From Chloroflexota bacterium (GTDB taxonomy: Bacteria; Chloroflexota; Limnocylindria; Limnocylindrales; CSP1-4), in the NCBI GenBank assembly GCA_016191425.1, contig JACPOR010000021.1, positions 20,312 through 84,311 of the forward strand: 64,000 bases of DNA, written 5' to 3'. This document shows positions 1 to 10,900 of this stretch, one piece after another. Below the pieces are notes generated by a model. That model had not been told where the DNA came from. It ran no database searches and saw only the letters and a list, made by a program, of their open reading frames with translations. The translations under genes and the position numbers were made by a program. The stretch's first letter is position 1. The number at the start of each line of letters is the position of its first letter.

Positions 1-647
1 GTGAAGCCCATCGTCGTATCGACGGACCGTCCTCCCCTGATCGCCGCGAGCGACGCCCCCGCGCCGAGGTGGCAGGTCACGATTCGGAGATCCGCCAGCC
101 GACCACCGACCATCTCCGCCGCACGCCTCGAGGCGTAGGCATGCGAGAGCCCATGGAAGCCGTACTTCCTGAGCGCCCATCGCTGGCGCCACTCGGTCGG
201 GATCGCATAGGTGGTGGCCGAAGGAGGCATCCCGGCGTGGAACGCGGTATCGAAGCAGGCCACCGCCGGGACGTCCGGGAGGATGGATGTGACCGCGGCC
301 ATCGCGGCCAGGGACTTCGGCTGGTGGAGCGGCGCGAGGTCGGTCAGGGCGCGGAGATCGGCCTCCACAATGTCGTCCACGAGGACTGGGCCCCTGTACC
401 GCGTGCCGCCGTGGACAATCCGGTGGCCCACCGCCCGCAGGGCACCAAAGCCTGCGATCGCCGTCGCGATCGCAGCAACCTCGGTGGAGCCCCTGGGAGC
501 CGGGAGGTCTTCGCTCCCGACGACGGCGTCGTGAGCGTCGAGAACGCGGAGCTTCAGGCTGCTCGACCCCGCGTTGACCACGAGGATTCGGTCGGACCCT
601 GCCGAGGGCGGGATGCGCTGATCTCCCGACGTCGCCGGGTCCGTCAC
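1..647 (-). CDS. ackA: acetate kinase, N-terminal ~215 aa (gene runs off left window edge)
   Basis: Absent from the ORF track because it is edge-truncated. My minus-strand translation from GTG 647-645 gives ...[17 protein letters not shown]...HRIVHGG...LAPLHQP...ACFDTAFH...YGFHGLSH...[23 protein letters not shown], all classic acetate kinase motifs. The start overlaps the xfp stop (GTGA). Confidence 0.85.
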   Translation of the reverse strand, partial: MTDPATSGDQRIPPSAGSDRILVVNAGSSSLKLRVLDAHDAVVGSEDLPAPRGSTEVAAIATAIAGFGALRAVGHRIVHGGTRYRGPVLVDDIVEADLRALTDLAPLHQPKSLAAMAAVTSILPDVPAVACFDTAFHAGMPPSATTYAIPTEWRQRWALRKYGFHGLSHAYASRRAAEMVGGRLADLRIVTCHLGAGASLAAIRGGRSVDTTMGF

Positions 648-3043
648 CCTGCCGTCACCACCGGCCACTGCCAGTCACGGATCTCGGGCGCGTCCTCGCC
701 CTCGAGGCGGGTGTAGGCGCGGCATTCCCTACGCTTGTCGACCATCCGCTGGCGGAGGTGCGCGGCCTGCTCGGCGATCCCCGGCACCCTATCGATGACG
801 TCGATGACGAGGTGGAACCGATCCAGGTCGTTGAGCATCACCATGTCGAAGGGCGTCGTCGTGGTGCCCTCCTCCTTGTAGCCCCGGACGTGGAGATTGG
901 CGTGGTTCCGGCGCCGATAGGTGAGTCGGTGAATGAGCCACGGATAGCCGTGGTAGGCAAACACGATCGGCCTGTCCTCGGTGAACAGCGCGTCGAACTC
1001 CCGATCGGACATCCCGTGCGGATGCTCGGATTCGGGCTGCAACCGCATCAGGTCGACCACGTTCACGACGCGGATCTTCAACTCCGGCAGCTCGCGCCGC
1101 AGGATGTCGACGGCCGCCAGGGTTTCCAGCGTGGGCACGTCGCCGGCACAGGCCATGACCACGTCCGGCTCGCCGCCCTCATCGTTGCTGGCGAAGTCCC
1201 AGATCCCGATGCCGCGGGCGCAGTGGAGGACGGCTTCATCCATCGACAACCAGTCCGGTGCCGGTTGCTTGCCGGCAACGATCACGTTGACGTAGTTCCG
1301 GCTTCGGAGGCAGTGGTCGGCGACGGACAGGAGCGTGTTCGAATCGGGCGGCAGATAGACCCGGATGTGCTCGGCCTTCTTGTTGACCACGTGGTCGATG
1401 AAGCCGGGATCCTGGTGCGAGAACCCGTTGTGGTCCTGCCGCCAGACCAGCGAGCTGAGCACGTAGTTGAGGGATGCGATGGGTCGGCGCCATGGGATGT
1501 CGGACGCCACCTTCAGCCACTTGGCGTGCTGGTTGAACATCGAATCGACGATGTGAATGAAGGCCTCGTAGCAGTTGAAGAGGCCGTGCCGGCCGGTCAG
1601 GAGGTAGCCCTCGAGCCAGCCCTGGCACTGGTGCTCCGAGAGCACCTCCATGATGCGACCCTCCAGGGCCTGGCCCTCGTCCGTCGGGAGGATCTCGGCA
1701 TCGAACTGGCGGTCGGTCACCTCGAACACCGCGCCGAGACGGTTCGAGGCCGTCTCGTCCGGACCGAAGATCCGGAAGTTCTCCAGGTTCCGGGCGGTCA
1801 CGTCGCGAAGGAACGAGCCGAGAACGCGGGTCGCCTCGCTGGAACTCGCGCCGGGCGCCGGTACGTCGACGGCGTAGGTACGGAAGTCCGGCATCGCCAG
1901 GTCGTGCAGCAGGATGCCGCCGTTCGCGTGGGGGTTCGCGCTCATCCGCCGGTAGCTGCGAGGCGGAAGTTCGGCGAGTTCCGGGATCAGGGCACCCCCT
2001 GCGTCGAACAGCTCCTCGGGTCGGTAACCGCGCAGCCATTGCTCGAGGATGTCCCGGTTGGTGGCGTTCGTCCGAACCTCCGCCATGGGCACCTGGTGGG
2101 CTCGCCAGGTACCTTCGACCGGCTTGCCGTCGATCTCCTTCGGCCCCGTCCAGCCCTTGGGTGTCCTGAGGACGATCATCGGCCAGCGCGGTCGCGCGGT
2201 GACGCCGCCGTGGCGGGCCGCCCGCTGAATCTCGTGGATCTCCTCGATGACCGCGTCCATGACGGCCGCCATCTGCTGATGCACCACGGTCGGGTCGTCA
2301 CCCTCGACGAAGTGGGGGTGGTGGCCGTAGCCCTCCAGGAGCGCCTGGAGCTCGTCGTGCGGAATTCGGGCCAGGACGGTCGGACTGGCGATCTTGTAGC
2401 CGTTGAGGTGGAGGATGGGCAGGACGGCGCCATCGTGAACCGGGTTCAGGAATTTGTTCGAATGCCAGCTCGTGGCGAGCGGACCAGTTTCGGCCTCGCC
2501 GTCTCCGACCACGCAGCAGACCACGAGGTCGGGATTGTCGAACGCTGCCCCGTACGCATGGGAGAGGGCGTAGCCCAGTTCGCCACCCTCGTGGATCGAC
2601 CCGGGTGTTTCGGGTGCCACGTGGCTCGGAATGCCCCCCGGGAAGGAGAACTGGCGGAACAGATTGCGCATCCCGTCGATGTCCTGCGTGATGCTCGGGT
2701 AGACCTCGCTGTACGTTCCCTCGAGGTACGCGTTGGCCACGATCGCCGGGCCGCCGTGGCCGGGCCCGATCACGTAGATGGCGTCGAGGTCCCAGCTTCG
2801 GATGACCCGGTTCATGTGGGCGTAGATGAAGTTGAGCCCGGGCGTCGTCCCCCAGTGTCCGAGGAGGCGCGGCTTGGTGTGCTCCGGGAGGAGCGGCTCG
2901 CGGAGGAGCGGGTTGTCGAGCAGGTAGATCTGGCCGACCGAGAGATAGTTCGCCGCCCGCCAGTAAGCGTTGATCAGGCGCAGCTCCTGATCAGAGAGTG
3001 GTCCGCTGCCTGTCTGAGCCTCGGGCTCGGTATGGGCGCTCAT
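644..3043 (-). CDS. xfp: xylulose-5-P/fructose-6-P phosphoketolase
   Basis: 799-aa [38 protein letters not shown] and VGDGEAETG are hallmarks of TPP-dependent XFP phosphoketolases, and the length is typical. Confidence 0.95.
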   Translation of the reverse strand: MSAHTEPEAQTGSGPLSDQELRLINAYWRAANYLSVGQIYLLDNPLLREPLLPEHTKPRLLGHWGTTPGLNFIYAHMNRVIRSWDLDAIYVIGPGHGGPAIVANAYLEGTYSEVYPSITQDIDGMRNLFRQFSFPGGIPSHVAPETPGSIHEGGELGYALSHAYGAAFDNPDLVVCCVVGDGEAETGPLATSWHSNKFLNPVHDGAVLPILHLNGYKIASPTVLARIPHDELQALLEGYGHHPHFVEGDDPTVVHQQMAAVMDAVIEEIHEIQRAARHGGVTARPRWPMIVLRTPKGWTGPKEIDGKPVEGTWRAHQVPMAEVRTNATNRDILEQWLRGYRPEELFDAGGALIPELAELPPRSYRRMSANPHANGGILLHDLAMPDFRTYAVDVPAPGASSSEATRVLGSFLRDVTARNLENFRIFGPDETASNRLGAVFEVTDRQFDAEILPTDEGQALEGRIMEVLSEHQCQGWLEGYLLTGRHGLFNCYEAFIHIVDSMFNQHAKWLKVASDIPWRRPIASLNYVLSSLVWRQDHNGFSHQDPGFIDHVVNKKAEHIRVYLPPDSNTLLSVADHCLRSRNYVNVIVAGKQPAPDWLSMDEAVLHCARGIGIWDFASNDEGGEPDVVMACAGDVPTLETLAAVDILRRELPELKIRVVNVVDLMRLQPESEHPHGMSDREFDALFTEDRPIVFAYHGYPWLIHRLTYRRRNHANLHVRGYKEEGTTTTPFDMVMLNDLDRFHLVIDVIDRVPGIAEQAAHLRQRMVDKRRECRAYTRLEGEDAPEIRDWQWPVVTAG

Positions 3044-3165
3044 GTCCTGTCAGCCTCCGCTTGACACGCACCGCGATTTCAGCCTTGCCCGCCAATGCTA
3101 GATGGGCTGGGCGCAATGCATCCTCGGGGTGTCATCAGGCACTCGGGCAACGGAACGATGACGAA

Positions 3166-3177
3166 CTGTCATGACAG
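3166..3177. promoter_or_regulatory. perfect 12-bp palindrome CTGTCATGACAG (possible operator) in the xfp / small-ORF divergent region
   Basis: Read directly from the sequence. A related half-site TGTCAT lies at 3130-3135. No known regulator can be assigned. Confidence 0.2.
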
Positions 3178-3322
3178 CAAGGCGTCCCGGATGCACGCTC
3201 GCCGTTGCCTGCGAGCATCGCAGGGCCATGGCCGGCACACGCGGGATGGTCACCGGACCGGCGCGCGCTCGCCCGTCGACCAGACCGGCGCAGGCATGTC
3301 GGTCAGAAGAACGGAGAACACG

Positions 3323-3406
3323 ATGAACTACAGAAGCGGCGGCGTCGGCATTGTCGGCGTGATCATCATCGTCCTGGTGGTCCTCTTCGTGATCGGCAGG
3401 TTGTAG
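3323..3406 (+). CDS. 27-aa hydrophobic peptide (MNYRSGGVGIVGVIIIVLVVLFVIGRL), small membrane protein candidate
   Basis: An internal ATG of ORF 3095..3406 is preceded by GGAG 7 nt upstream. It encodes a single TM helix ending in GRL, resembling the tail of DUF3309-type small proteins (from memory). Confidence 0.35.
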   Translation: MNYRSGGVGIVGVIIIVLVVLFVIGRL

Positions 3407-3651
3407 CCCTTCCTCTGCCACGCATCCTCCGGCGCCGTGGCGAAGGGTTCGCACAGACACTCGATCTGTTGGTCGACCGTCCGTTGGGCGGCTGCCGGAA
3501 CGACCGCCGTCGAGTCGTTTGCTCGGTTCCCGTCGATCGAGGTCGAGGGCGTCTTCACCAACGCTGATCGCCGGTCCAGCCCGTCGGGCCGACCGGGCCG
3601 GTGTCACCTGGCGGCCTGATCGCGCGTGTGTCACCCGAGAATGACTGTCGA

Positions 3652-5289
3652 CTACTCGCCGGGACCCGGGTGGCTCGGGCCGAGGACCTCGATGCCGATG
3701 ACGCCCGGGGCCGAACCTGCGAGCGCCATCGAGCCGGCCTCGTCATCCACGACATCCAGGACGAGGCGCCAGTACCCGGGGTCGATCGGTACCTGGATGA
3801 CCGAGTCGATCACTACCACGGAGCCGGGATCGAGGGCCAGGGGCCCGAAATCGATCGGTAACGGCGTAGCGGTCACACCTCGATCCTCATCGGTGGACAG
3901 CGGTTCCGGGATCCACGTCCCGATGAGCCTGGTGTTTCGAGGCCTCTGCTTGTCGAGTGGCAGCCAGGGAACGGGCGCGGTGTCGACCCATGACTCGGTC
4001 CCGCTGTTCCGGACGATCACGGAAAGCTGGACGAGCGCCGCCGGGTCGACCAGCATGTCAGCCGGAACGTTGAACGTCGCCGCGCGCGGCCCGGGCACGT
4101 AGAGCTTGAACGGCCCTGCCGTGACGACTTCGTATCCAGATCGATGGTCCGTGAGCGTCAGGCCCACGGAATAGACACCAGGCGTCGGGAGTGGGATCGT
4201 GGCCGTCAGCGTGGCACCGGTTGCCGTCGCGAACGGCATTGCCGGAACGGGCGTCGCAGGCGTCACCGATGGCTCCGCCGAGCCATCCGTGCGCGATGGC
4301 ATCGATGGGTCGAGCGATGTATCGAGCCATCGCATCGATGGGTCGAGCCATCCGTCGCCGGCGACGAGCGATCCATCGCGGGCGACGAGCGATCCATCGC
4401 GGGCGGCGAGCCATCCGTCGCGGGCGACGAGCGATCCATCGCGGGCGACGAGCGCCGAGACCACGACGTCGGTGATGTCGTCGTCGGTCACCGGCGTGAT
4501 CTGTGTCGTCACGGTCGCACCTGCATAGGTCCAACCGTCGGGCGCGTCGTCGATCGGCCAGCTGACGATCATCGAGGACGCATCGGCGCTGGCCGTCGGA
4601 TCACCGAGATCGACACCGTCGAATGTGGCGGGCAGTGCGGCCGGCGTCATCGCGGTCCAGAGCGCGCCTCCCGGTGCCCGCCAGGCGTACTTCCTGAGCG
4701 CCGATACCGGGATCCATTCGCCGGTCCAGCCGGCCGGCGCCAGCGGGTCCATGACCAGGATCCGGCCCGTGCGCCGATCGTATCGGTCGAGGTAGAGGGC
4801 GTGATCGTCGAGGAGGCCGTCGTTCTTCCAGAACGCTGGATCCCAGCGCCCGTACCGTCGTGGGAGCTTGGAATAATCGCCGAGCAGGATGGCTCCGCCG
4901 CCACGACCGAGACGATCCAGGAGCTCCGCCCAGGTGACCGATTCGCCACCGCCCGGGGATGACTTCAAGACGATTCCCAGGCGTGCGAACGCGCGCTTGA
5001 CGTCGCCCAGATTCGATCCGGCCGCCGCATCGCCGGACAGGGTCCGCAGTTGCTTCCGACTCACGGTCGTGGCGCCGTTGGTCCACTTGTCGAGGAGCAT
5101 CGAGGCCGATGCCCAGATGCAGTCCTCCCAAATGCCCGGCGCGCGCTCCGTGACAAACGTCGGCTGGTATCCGGGAAGTGGCTGCGGAGGGTCGAGGGCA
5201 AGGGCCGGCGCAGGCATGGCCGTCAGGACATAGGAGGCGGCGAGCACGAGCGCGCCGAGCGCGGGCCTCGTGGGCATTCGGAATGGCAT
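3652..5289 (-). CDS. secreted protein: putative papain-fold (C39-like) cysteine peptidase domain, 7-aa tandem repeats, Ig-like C-terminal region
   Basis: Signal peptide MPFRMPTRPALGALVLAASYVLTAMPAPALA. Candidate catalytic Cys (EDCIWASASMLL) and His (DDHALYLDRYD). The peptidase assignment is inferred from motif spacing only. Confidence 0.7.
   Translation of the reverse strand: MPFRMPTRPALGALVLAASYVLTAMPAPALALDPPQPLPGYQPTFVTERAPGIWEDCIWASASMLLDKWTNGATTVSRKQLRTLSGDAAAGSNLGDVKRAFARLGIVLKSSPGGGESVTWAELLDRLGRGGGAILLGDYSKLPRRYGRWDPAFWKNDGLLDDHALYLDRYDRRTGRILVMDPLAPAGWTGEWIPVSALRKYAWRAPGGALWTAMTPAALPATFDGVDLGDPTASADASSMIVSWPIDDAPDGWTYAGATVTTQITPVTDDDITDVVVSALVARDGSLVARDGWLAARDGSLVARDGSLVAGDGWLDPSMRWLDTSLDPSMPSRTDGSAEPSVTPATPVPAMPFATATGATLTATIPLPTPGVYSVGLTLTDHRSGYEVVTAGPFKLYVPGPRAATFNVPADMLVDPAALVQLSVIVRNSGTESWVDTAPVPWLPLDKQRPRNTRLIGTWIPEPLSTDEDRGVTATPLPIDFGPLALDPGSVVVIDSVIQVPIDPGYWRLVLDVVDDEAGSMALAGSAPGVIGIEVLGPSHPGPGE
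4296..4456. repeat. in-frame 21-bp tandem repeat (ggcgacgagcgatccatcgcg, about 5 units) inside the secreted-protein CDS
   Basis: Encodes ARDGSLV/ARDGWLA heptads. Related catcgatgggtcgagc units lie just upstream. Confidence 0.9.
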
Positions 5290-5555
5290 TCGGGCAACTC
5301 GCTGGGGGTTTGCGCGCCGTCAACCACCCGACTGGGATCAGGGGATTCGGCATGAGGACCTTTTGGTGCTCCACCGTCGCGCCCGCCACCGAGCGGCGCC
5401 ATGGGGCGGAAGTACTCTCCCTTCGACAGAAGGTCCGCCGTCGGGCCCTCGCACCAGGAGCGCTGCCGGATGGACGGCCCGGCCCCGGAGCTCGAGATGA
5501 TGGCTGAGGGCCAACCCCGTGCCCTCCCGCTGCGCGGCGTGGTCCCGCGTGGCTC

Positions 5556-5832
5556 CCGGGGCCGCGAAATCCTGGCTGATGACCGCCCCCGGAGCACTGT
5601 CCGGATAGGCGGCCGCGAACGGTACCCCGCGAGCTCCCAACGGGCGCCGCTGCGCCCGGGGCAGCGAGGGACTCGTGCGTGGCGGAGTTCAGGTCGCGCA
5701 CCGACCGAGCATCAACCGGGCACCGACCGAGCATCAACCGAGCACCGAGCGCGGCCGAGCGCGGGTGAGCGGCTCCGGAACCCGGATAGTGCTCCCCGCA
5801 CGAGCATTGGCCAGGAAACCCGGCCGGGGCGG
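5556..5832 (+). mobile_element. MITE-like dispersed repeat, copy 1 (~277 bp, imperfect ~44-bp terminal inverted repeats)
   Basis: Nearly identical to 16486-16752. Left end ggccgcgaaatcctggctgatgaccgcccccggagcactgtccgg aligns with the reverse complement of the right end ccggatagtgctccccgcacgagcattggccaggaaacccggcc. Confidence 0.6.
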
Positions 5833-5961
5833 ATGACACCCGCGCGAAGTGCACTTGCAATGGAAACTGGCTTGGCCCGTGGAGGGAGCCGAGGGGTCTC
5901 CGCCAATCTGGACAGCGGGCGCCCTCGACGAGCGTTGGCCAGGAGACCGAGCCTGCGGCAG

Positions 5962-6047
5962 GGCCGACCGGAGGCCGACCTGGGGCCGACCTGGGGCCGA
6001 CCTGGGGCCGACCTGGGGCCGACTTGGGGCCGACCGGCGGCCGACCC
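5962..6047. repeat. 12-bp tandem repeat (ggccgacctggg, about 6 units)
   Basis: Read directly. Lies between MITE copy 1 and the SRPBCC gene start. Confidence 0.9.
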
Positions 6048-6097
6048 TTACGCCCGGTTGACTTCCGGAATGTCGGGTGACACCGTATCGTCCAACC

Positions 6098-6535
6098 ATG
6101 GCAACGTACCGATTCACCGTGGACATTGTCGCCCCCGTGGGACAGGTCTTCGACCTCTGGACGGATGCGGCTCGCTGGCATGAGTGGATCGAGGGCGTCA
6201 GCAAGGTGACCGACATGAGCGGCCCGCCCGGTCAGGTGGGAACGCGATACACGGTCTGGTTCGGCGGAATGCGCAGTCCATCCGAGATCGTCGAGGCCGA
6301 GCGTTCGCGCTTTCTCCGGACTCGTTTTGGCAACCGGATGCTGCGTGGCGAGACGTTGGTCACGTTCGAGCCAACGCCCGACGGCACGCGCCTGACCCAG
6401 GAGTTCCGAACGGAGGGAATCGTTCCCGCGATCTCGGCACGCATCTTCGCGATCGGTTCCTACAGGGGCAGCTTCCGCGGCGAACTGAACGAATTCGTCC
6501 GAATCGCCGAGCGCGAGGTGAACGCGGCACGCTGA
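6098..6535 (+). CDS. SRPBCC (START/polyketide-cyclase-like) family protein
   Basis: MATYRFTVDIVAPVGQVFDLWTD...W..W is a typical SRPBCC N-terminus. The ATG at 6098 is preferred over the GTG at 6077. Confidence 0.75.
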   Translation: MATYRFTVDIVAPVGQVFDLWTDAARWHEWIEGVSKVTDMSGPPGQVGTRYTVWFGGMRSPSEIVEAERSRFLRTRFGNRMLRGETLVTFEPTPDGTRLTQEFRTEGIVPAISARIFAIGSYRGSFRGELNEFVRIAEREVNAAR

Positions 6536-6775
6536 GAGACGCGGGAGGCGGACGCGGCACGCTGAACGTCGCAGGAGAGGCGGACCGACGCACGCTGAGC
6601 GACCCAGCAGAGGCGAACACGGCAAGCTGAGCGACCCAGCAGAGGCGAACACGGCAAGCTGAACAACCCAGCAGAGGCGAACGCGGCGCGCTGTGCGACC
6701 CAGGAGAGGCGGACCGAGGCAGTAGAGGTGAACTTGGCACGCTGAACGACCCAGGAGAGGCGCGACCATTCTCGG
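6511..6775. repeat. about 7 degenerate 30-33 bp tandem units that begin with the last codons plus TGA of the SRPBCC gene
   Basis: Units keep the form ..gaggcg(g/a)ac(g/a)cggca(c/a)gcTGA(g/a)cgaccc. Unit 0 is the CDS end gaggtgaacgcggcacgcTGA. Confidence 0.9.
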
Positions 6776-6922
6776 CGACAACCTCGTTATCCCGATCCCG
6801 CCGTCCACCGACATGGCGGCCAGCAGGCCCCCTACCAGGAAACCCTCGGGCCGGCGTTCGCGCGCCAGGGCGCAACCGATACGTGATCCGGTATGGCGAT
6901 GGCGCTGCTTCTCCTGTGCCGC

Positions 6923-7636
6923 TCACGCCTCGTCGTCGCGAATGATCTTCCGAAGGTCACCGGCTCGCACTCGCAGGTCGCGGAAGAAGTCCGTCTCCGT
7001 GATCTCCGCAACCTGACGGGCCTGTCGCGTGTGATCGATCTCAATGCGCAGCTCGCGGACCTCTTCGCGAAGTCGATCCTCCCGCGCCCGAACCTCGCGG
7101 GCCATGCTCTCGAAGCGGCGGGCCAGGAGGCCCAGGTCGTCGGTCCGCAGGGCAACCTCGGAAACCGGGCCGAGATCGACCTCGCCAGCCTCGAGGGCGG
7201 CGGCCGCTCCCGTTACCTTGGAGACCTGTTCGAGGTACTCGATCTCGAGGTCGCGCAGGCGCTTGGCCGCGAGCGACGCCTCGAGGCGAGCTCGCAGGAT
7301 CGCCGGCTGGAACGGCTTCGGCAGGTAGTCGATGGTCCCGATCTCGATGCACCGGACAATGCTCGCAATGTCCTCGACACCCGAGATGACGATCACCGGA
7401 ATGTGCCGAAGGCCGGGATCCTTCTTTATCGCCTCGAGCGTGGTGTAGCCATCCATCTCCGGCATGACGAGATCGAGGAGGACGACATCAAATGGCTCCG
7501 CGCCGAGTCGGTCCAGGGCCTGGCGGCCATCCTCCGCCTCCCGAACAACGTGGCCCTCGAGTTCTACCGCTCGTCGCAGGAGCATCCGATTCATCCGCTC
7601 ATCGTCGACGACGAGAACGCGCCCCCCTTCGTTCAT
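6923..7636 (-). CDS. response regulator: REC domain plus ~110-aa coiled-coil/HAMP-like tail, no recognisable output domain
   Basis: VLVVDDERMNR..DVVLLDLVMPEMDG..YLPKP. The tail reads LLARRFESMAREV...LRIEIDHTRQARQVAEITETDFF. Overlaps the Hpt gene by 4 bp. Confidence 0.85.
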   Translation of the reverse strand: MNEGGRVLVVDDERMNRMLLRRAVELEGHVVREAEDGRQALDRLGAEPFDVVLLDLVMPEMDGYTTLEAIKKDPGLRHIPVIVISGVEDIASIVRCIEIGTIDYLPKPFQPAILRARLEASLAAKRLRDLEIEYLEQVSKVTGAAAALEAGEVDLGPVSEVALRTDDLGLLARRFESMAREVRAREDRLREEVRELRIEIDHTRQARQVAEITETDFFRDLRVRAGDLRKIIRDDEA

Positions 7637-7995
7637 CGGTTCGCCCGAACGGCGAGGAGGGCGGCGCGGACTTCCTCGAACTCGGCCTCGGCTGCCGCGA
7701 CGCGCTCGATCGCGCCGTCAACGACGCCGTCGCGCGCGGTCGCCTCCAGGACTCGGCACAGATCGGCCAGATGTGCCGCGCCCAGGTTCGCGCTGTTCGA
7801 CTTGAGCGAGTGCGAGGGACGGATCAGACCCCCGGCCGAACCATTCAGGGCGGCTTCGCGCATGGCCCCGAGTTGGACGGGTCCGTCGGCGAGATAGGTT
7901 TCGACGAGTTCGTCCAGGAACTCAACGTCTCCGCCGGTCATGTCGAGCAGGCGATCGAGGGCCGTGAGGTCGACGGCGGGCTGGCGGTCGCTCAT
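7633..7995 (-). CDS. Hpt (histidine phosphotransfer) domain protein
   Basis: 120 aa with the HSLKSNSANLGA phospho-His motif. Confidence 0.85.
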   Translation of the reverse strand: MSDRQPAVDLTALDRLLDMTGGDVEFLDELVETYLADGPVQLGAMREAALNGSAGGLIRPSHSLKSNSANLGAAHLADLCRVLEATARDGVVDGAIERVAAAEAEFEEVRAALLAVRANR

Positions 7996-7999
7996 CAGG

Positions 8000-10900
8000 T
8001 CAGACGCCTTCGGTCATCGCGGGTACGGCCAGCAGCGCCGCAGCCAGTTCATCCGGGCGGATGGGTTTCGCGAGATAGTCATCCATGCCCGCGGCAAGGC
8101 AGACCTCGCGGTCACCCTCCATGGCGTTGGCCGTCATCGCGACGATCCGCACGTGTCGATCGGGCCACGTGACGCGGATCTGCCGAGTCGCCTCCAGACC
8201 GTCGAGTTCGGGCATCTGCACGTCCATGAGGACCACGTCGAATGGGTAGGCCGTGAGTGCATCGATCGCCTCAATTCCGTTGTTCGCAACCGTGGTGGCA
8301 TAGCCCATTCGCTCCAGGAGCCGGATTGCCAGCTTCTGGTTCACGGCATTGTCCTCGGCGAGGAGGATCCGGAGCGGATGGCGCGCTCCGAGCTCTGGAT
8401 CGATGGCCAGGCGCTCCGGCGTTCGGGGCACGCCCCGTGCCTCGAGGCCCGCGATAGCCGCGCGGAGCGTTTCCCGGAGAGCAGCCGGCTTGACCGGTTT
8501 GGCGAGGAACGCGGCAACGTTGTCGGTCGCACGGTCTCGTCCGCCAAGCGAGGAGAGCACGATGACCGGCGGCTTGACAAGAGCGGCGGAGGCTCGAATG
8601 GCCGTGGCAAGTTCGAGGCCGTCGAGATCGGGCATCCGGAGGTCGGAGAGGACCGCCGCGAAGTCGGCTGGGGCGACTGTCGCCAGGTCCCGTGCCTCGA
8701 GCGCCGACGCGGTCGCGGTCACCACGAGGCCAAGGCGCTCCAGCTGAGCTGCCAGGATCCGCAGGTTCGTGGCGTTGTCATCGACGACGAGGACACGCCG
8801 TCCCTTTAGGTCGAGCACCGGTTGCCTGGACATGGTCTCGGCGGCATCGACCTCCGCTTCCGCCTCCGCTTCCGGCACGCGAATCGTGAGCCGGAACGTA
8901 CTGCCCTCACCCACGATCCCGGCGCTCTCCGCAACGAGCGAGCCATCCATGAGTTCGGCCAGCCGGCGGCTGATCGCGAGACCCAGGCCGGTCCCGCCGA
9001 AGCGTCGCGAGATCGAGGCATCCGCCTGGCTGAACGACTGAAAGAGACGTCCGATCTGATCCGGCGGGATCCCGATTCCGGTGTCGCGGACTTCGACCTG
9101 GATCTCCCAGTATTCCGGCTTGGCAACCAAGGTGCCGACCGGGAGTCGGGATCCGGCGATCCGGATGACGACCTCGCCCTTCTCGGTGAACTTGACGGAG
9201 TTCGAAAGGAGATTCAGGACGATCTGGCGGAGCCGCCCGGCGTCCCCGAGGATGACCGGCGGCAGATCCGGGTCGAGGTCGTAGATCAACTCCAGACCCT
9301 TCTTCGCGGCGATCGGGGCCATCACGTCAAGGGCGCCTTCCAACGTCTCGGCGAGGGCAAATGGATGGGCATCGAGCTCGATCCGGCCCGCCTCGATCTT
9401 CGAGAAGTCGAGAATGTCGTTGATGATCGTGAGCAGCGCCTCGCCCGACGTGTGGATGGTCTCGGCGTAGTCCCGCTGTTCCGCGTCCAGCGGCGTGTCC
9501 ATGATCAACCCGCTCATTCCGATCACGGCGTTCATCGGTGTGCGGATCTCGTGGCTCATCGCGGCCAGGAAGGCGCTCTTTGCCTGGTTGGCTGAATCGG
9601 CCTCCCGGCGAGCTGCCTGCAGCTCGGTGACATCGTGGTAGATGGCGTAGAAGCCGAACTGCTCCCCATCCACCACCAGAGGGACCATCAGGATCTCGAC
9701 TTCAACCAGCGTGCCATCCTTGCGAGTGCGCTGCCCCAGCTTCTGGGCGCGGCCCGTTGCAGCGGCCTCGCGGGCGAGGTCATGGCCGTCCTCGCGTAGG
9801 GTTTCCGAGCCGAGGATGAGGTCGTCGATCACCTGGCCGATCGCTTCATCGGCGAGGTACCCGAAGAGGGTCGTCGCCGCCGGGTTCCAGGCCGACACGC
9901 GCTCCTCCTGGTCCATCGTGACGACGGCCACCGGGCTGACCTCCACGAGCGAGGCGTAGTAGAGGCGCTGGCGATTCAATTCAGCGGTCCGCTCGGTGAC
10001 CCGCCGCTCCAGGGTTGCGACGTTCTCTCGAAGCTCCGCGGTCATCTCGTCGAAGGCGAGCGCGAGCGTACCAACCTCGTCGTCTGACCGAACACCGGAG
10101 ACCGCCCCGAGGTCACCGGCGGTAACGCGGGCTGCCGTCGCCGCCAGCGTGAGGATGGGCCGGGTGACTCGCCTGGCGACGACCCAGATTCCCGCCGTGA
10201 GGACAAGGGCGGACAGCAGGCCGACCAGCGCGATCGTCAGGGCCAGAGCGCGGGCAGGGCTGAACGCCTCCTCCTGACTGATCTCGGCGAGGAGTCCGGC
10301 TCCTCGATCTCCGAGCCAGCGGTAGAGGCCGATCACGGGGGTTCCTCTGTCGTCCACGTAGAGACCCCTGCCGTCCTTCCTAGCGAGAACGTCGGAGATC
10401 CCGGGGGAATCGACGAAAGCGCCCGATGCCGTCCCCTCGATGACCCGGTGATCGGGGCCCACGAGGTAGGTTCGTCCAGTGCTTCCGAGGCCGGTCCCTT
10501 CCCGGACGATCTTGTCGACGCGCTGCAGGCTGAGGTTCGCGGCCAGGACCGCGACTCGCTGTCCGGCACCGTTCCTGTCGAACAATGGCGTGGCGATGGT
10601 GATCGTGGGTCGACCCGTCAGGCTCGAGGTATAGACGTTCTGGACCGTGGGTTGAAACGACCCTTCGGCGAAAAATGTCTGGTTCGCCTGCGAGACGCCC
10701 TCGTCCTGGGCCAGCGTCGAAAGCCGAATCGTCCCGCTGAGGTCGAGGATGAAGATCTCCTCCGCATCGGCGGTCTGTGAGACGACCGTGGCGAGGTCGG
10801 TCCGGAGTCGGGTGGCAGCTGCGTCACGGGCGCCCGCGCCGACCGCTGGATCGAGGAAGTCGCGGGCATCATCGCCGAAGCCCGGAATCGAGCCGACATA

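Noticed and set aside
758-3064. 768-aa plus-strand ORF
   Set aside because: It is the antisense shadow of the phosphoketolase gene. Its composition is Arg/Val/His/Gly-rich and low in information, which is typical of high-GC antisense frames.
5401-6183. 260-aa ORF sharing a long peptide with ORF 16130..16819
   Set aside because: The shared peptide is the translation of the repeated MITE-like DNA, not a paralogous gene.
4601-6814. 737-aa minus-strand ORF
   Set aside because: It runs through the 5' end of another CDS, the MITE-like element and two tandem arrays. It is extremely Arg/Pro/Gly/Ser-rich with no motifs, so it is an artefact of GC richness.
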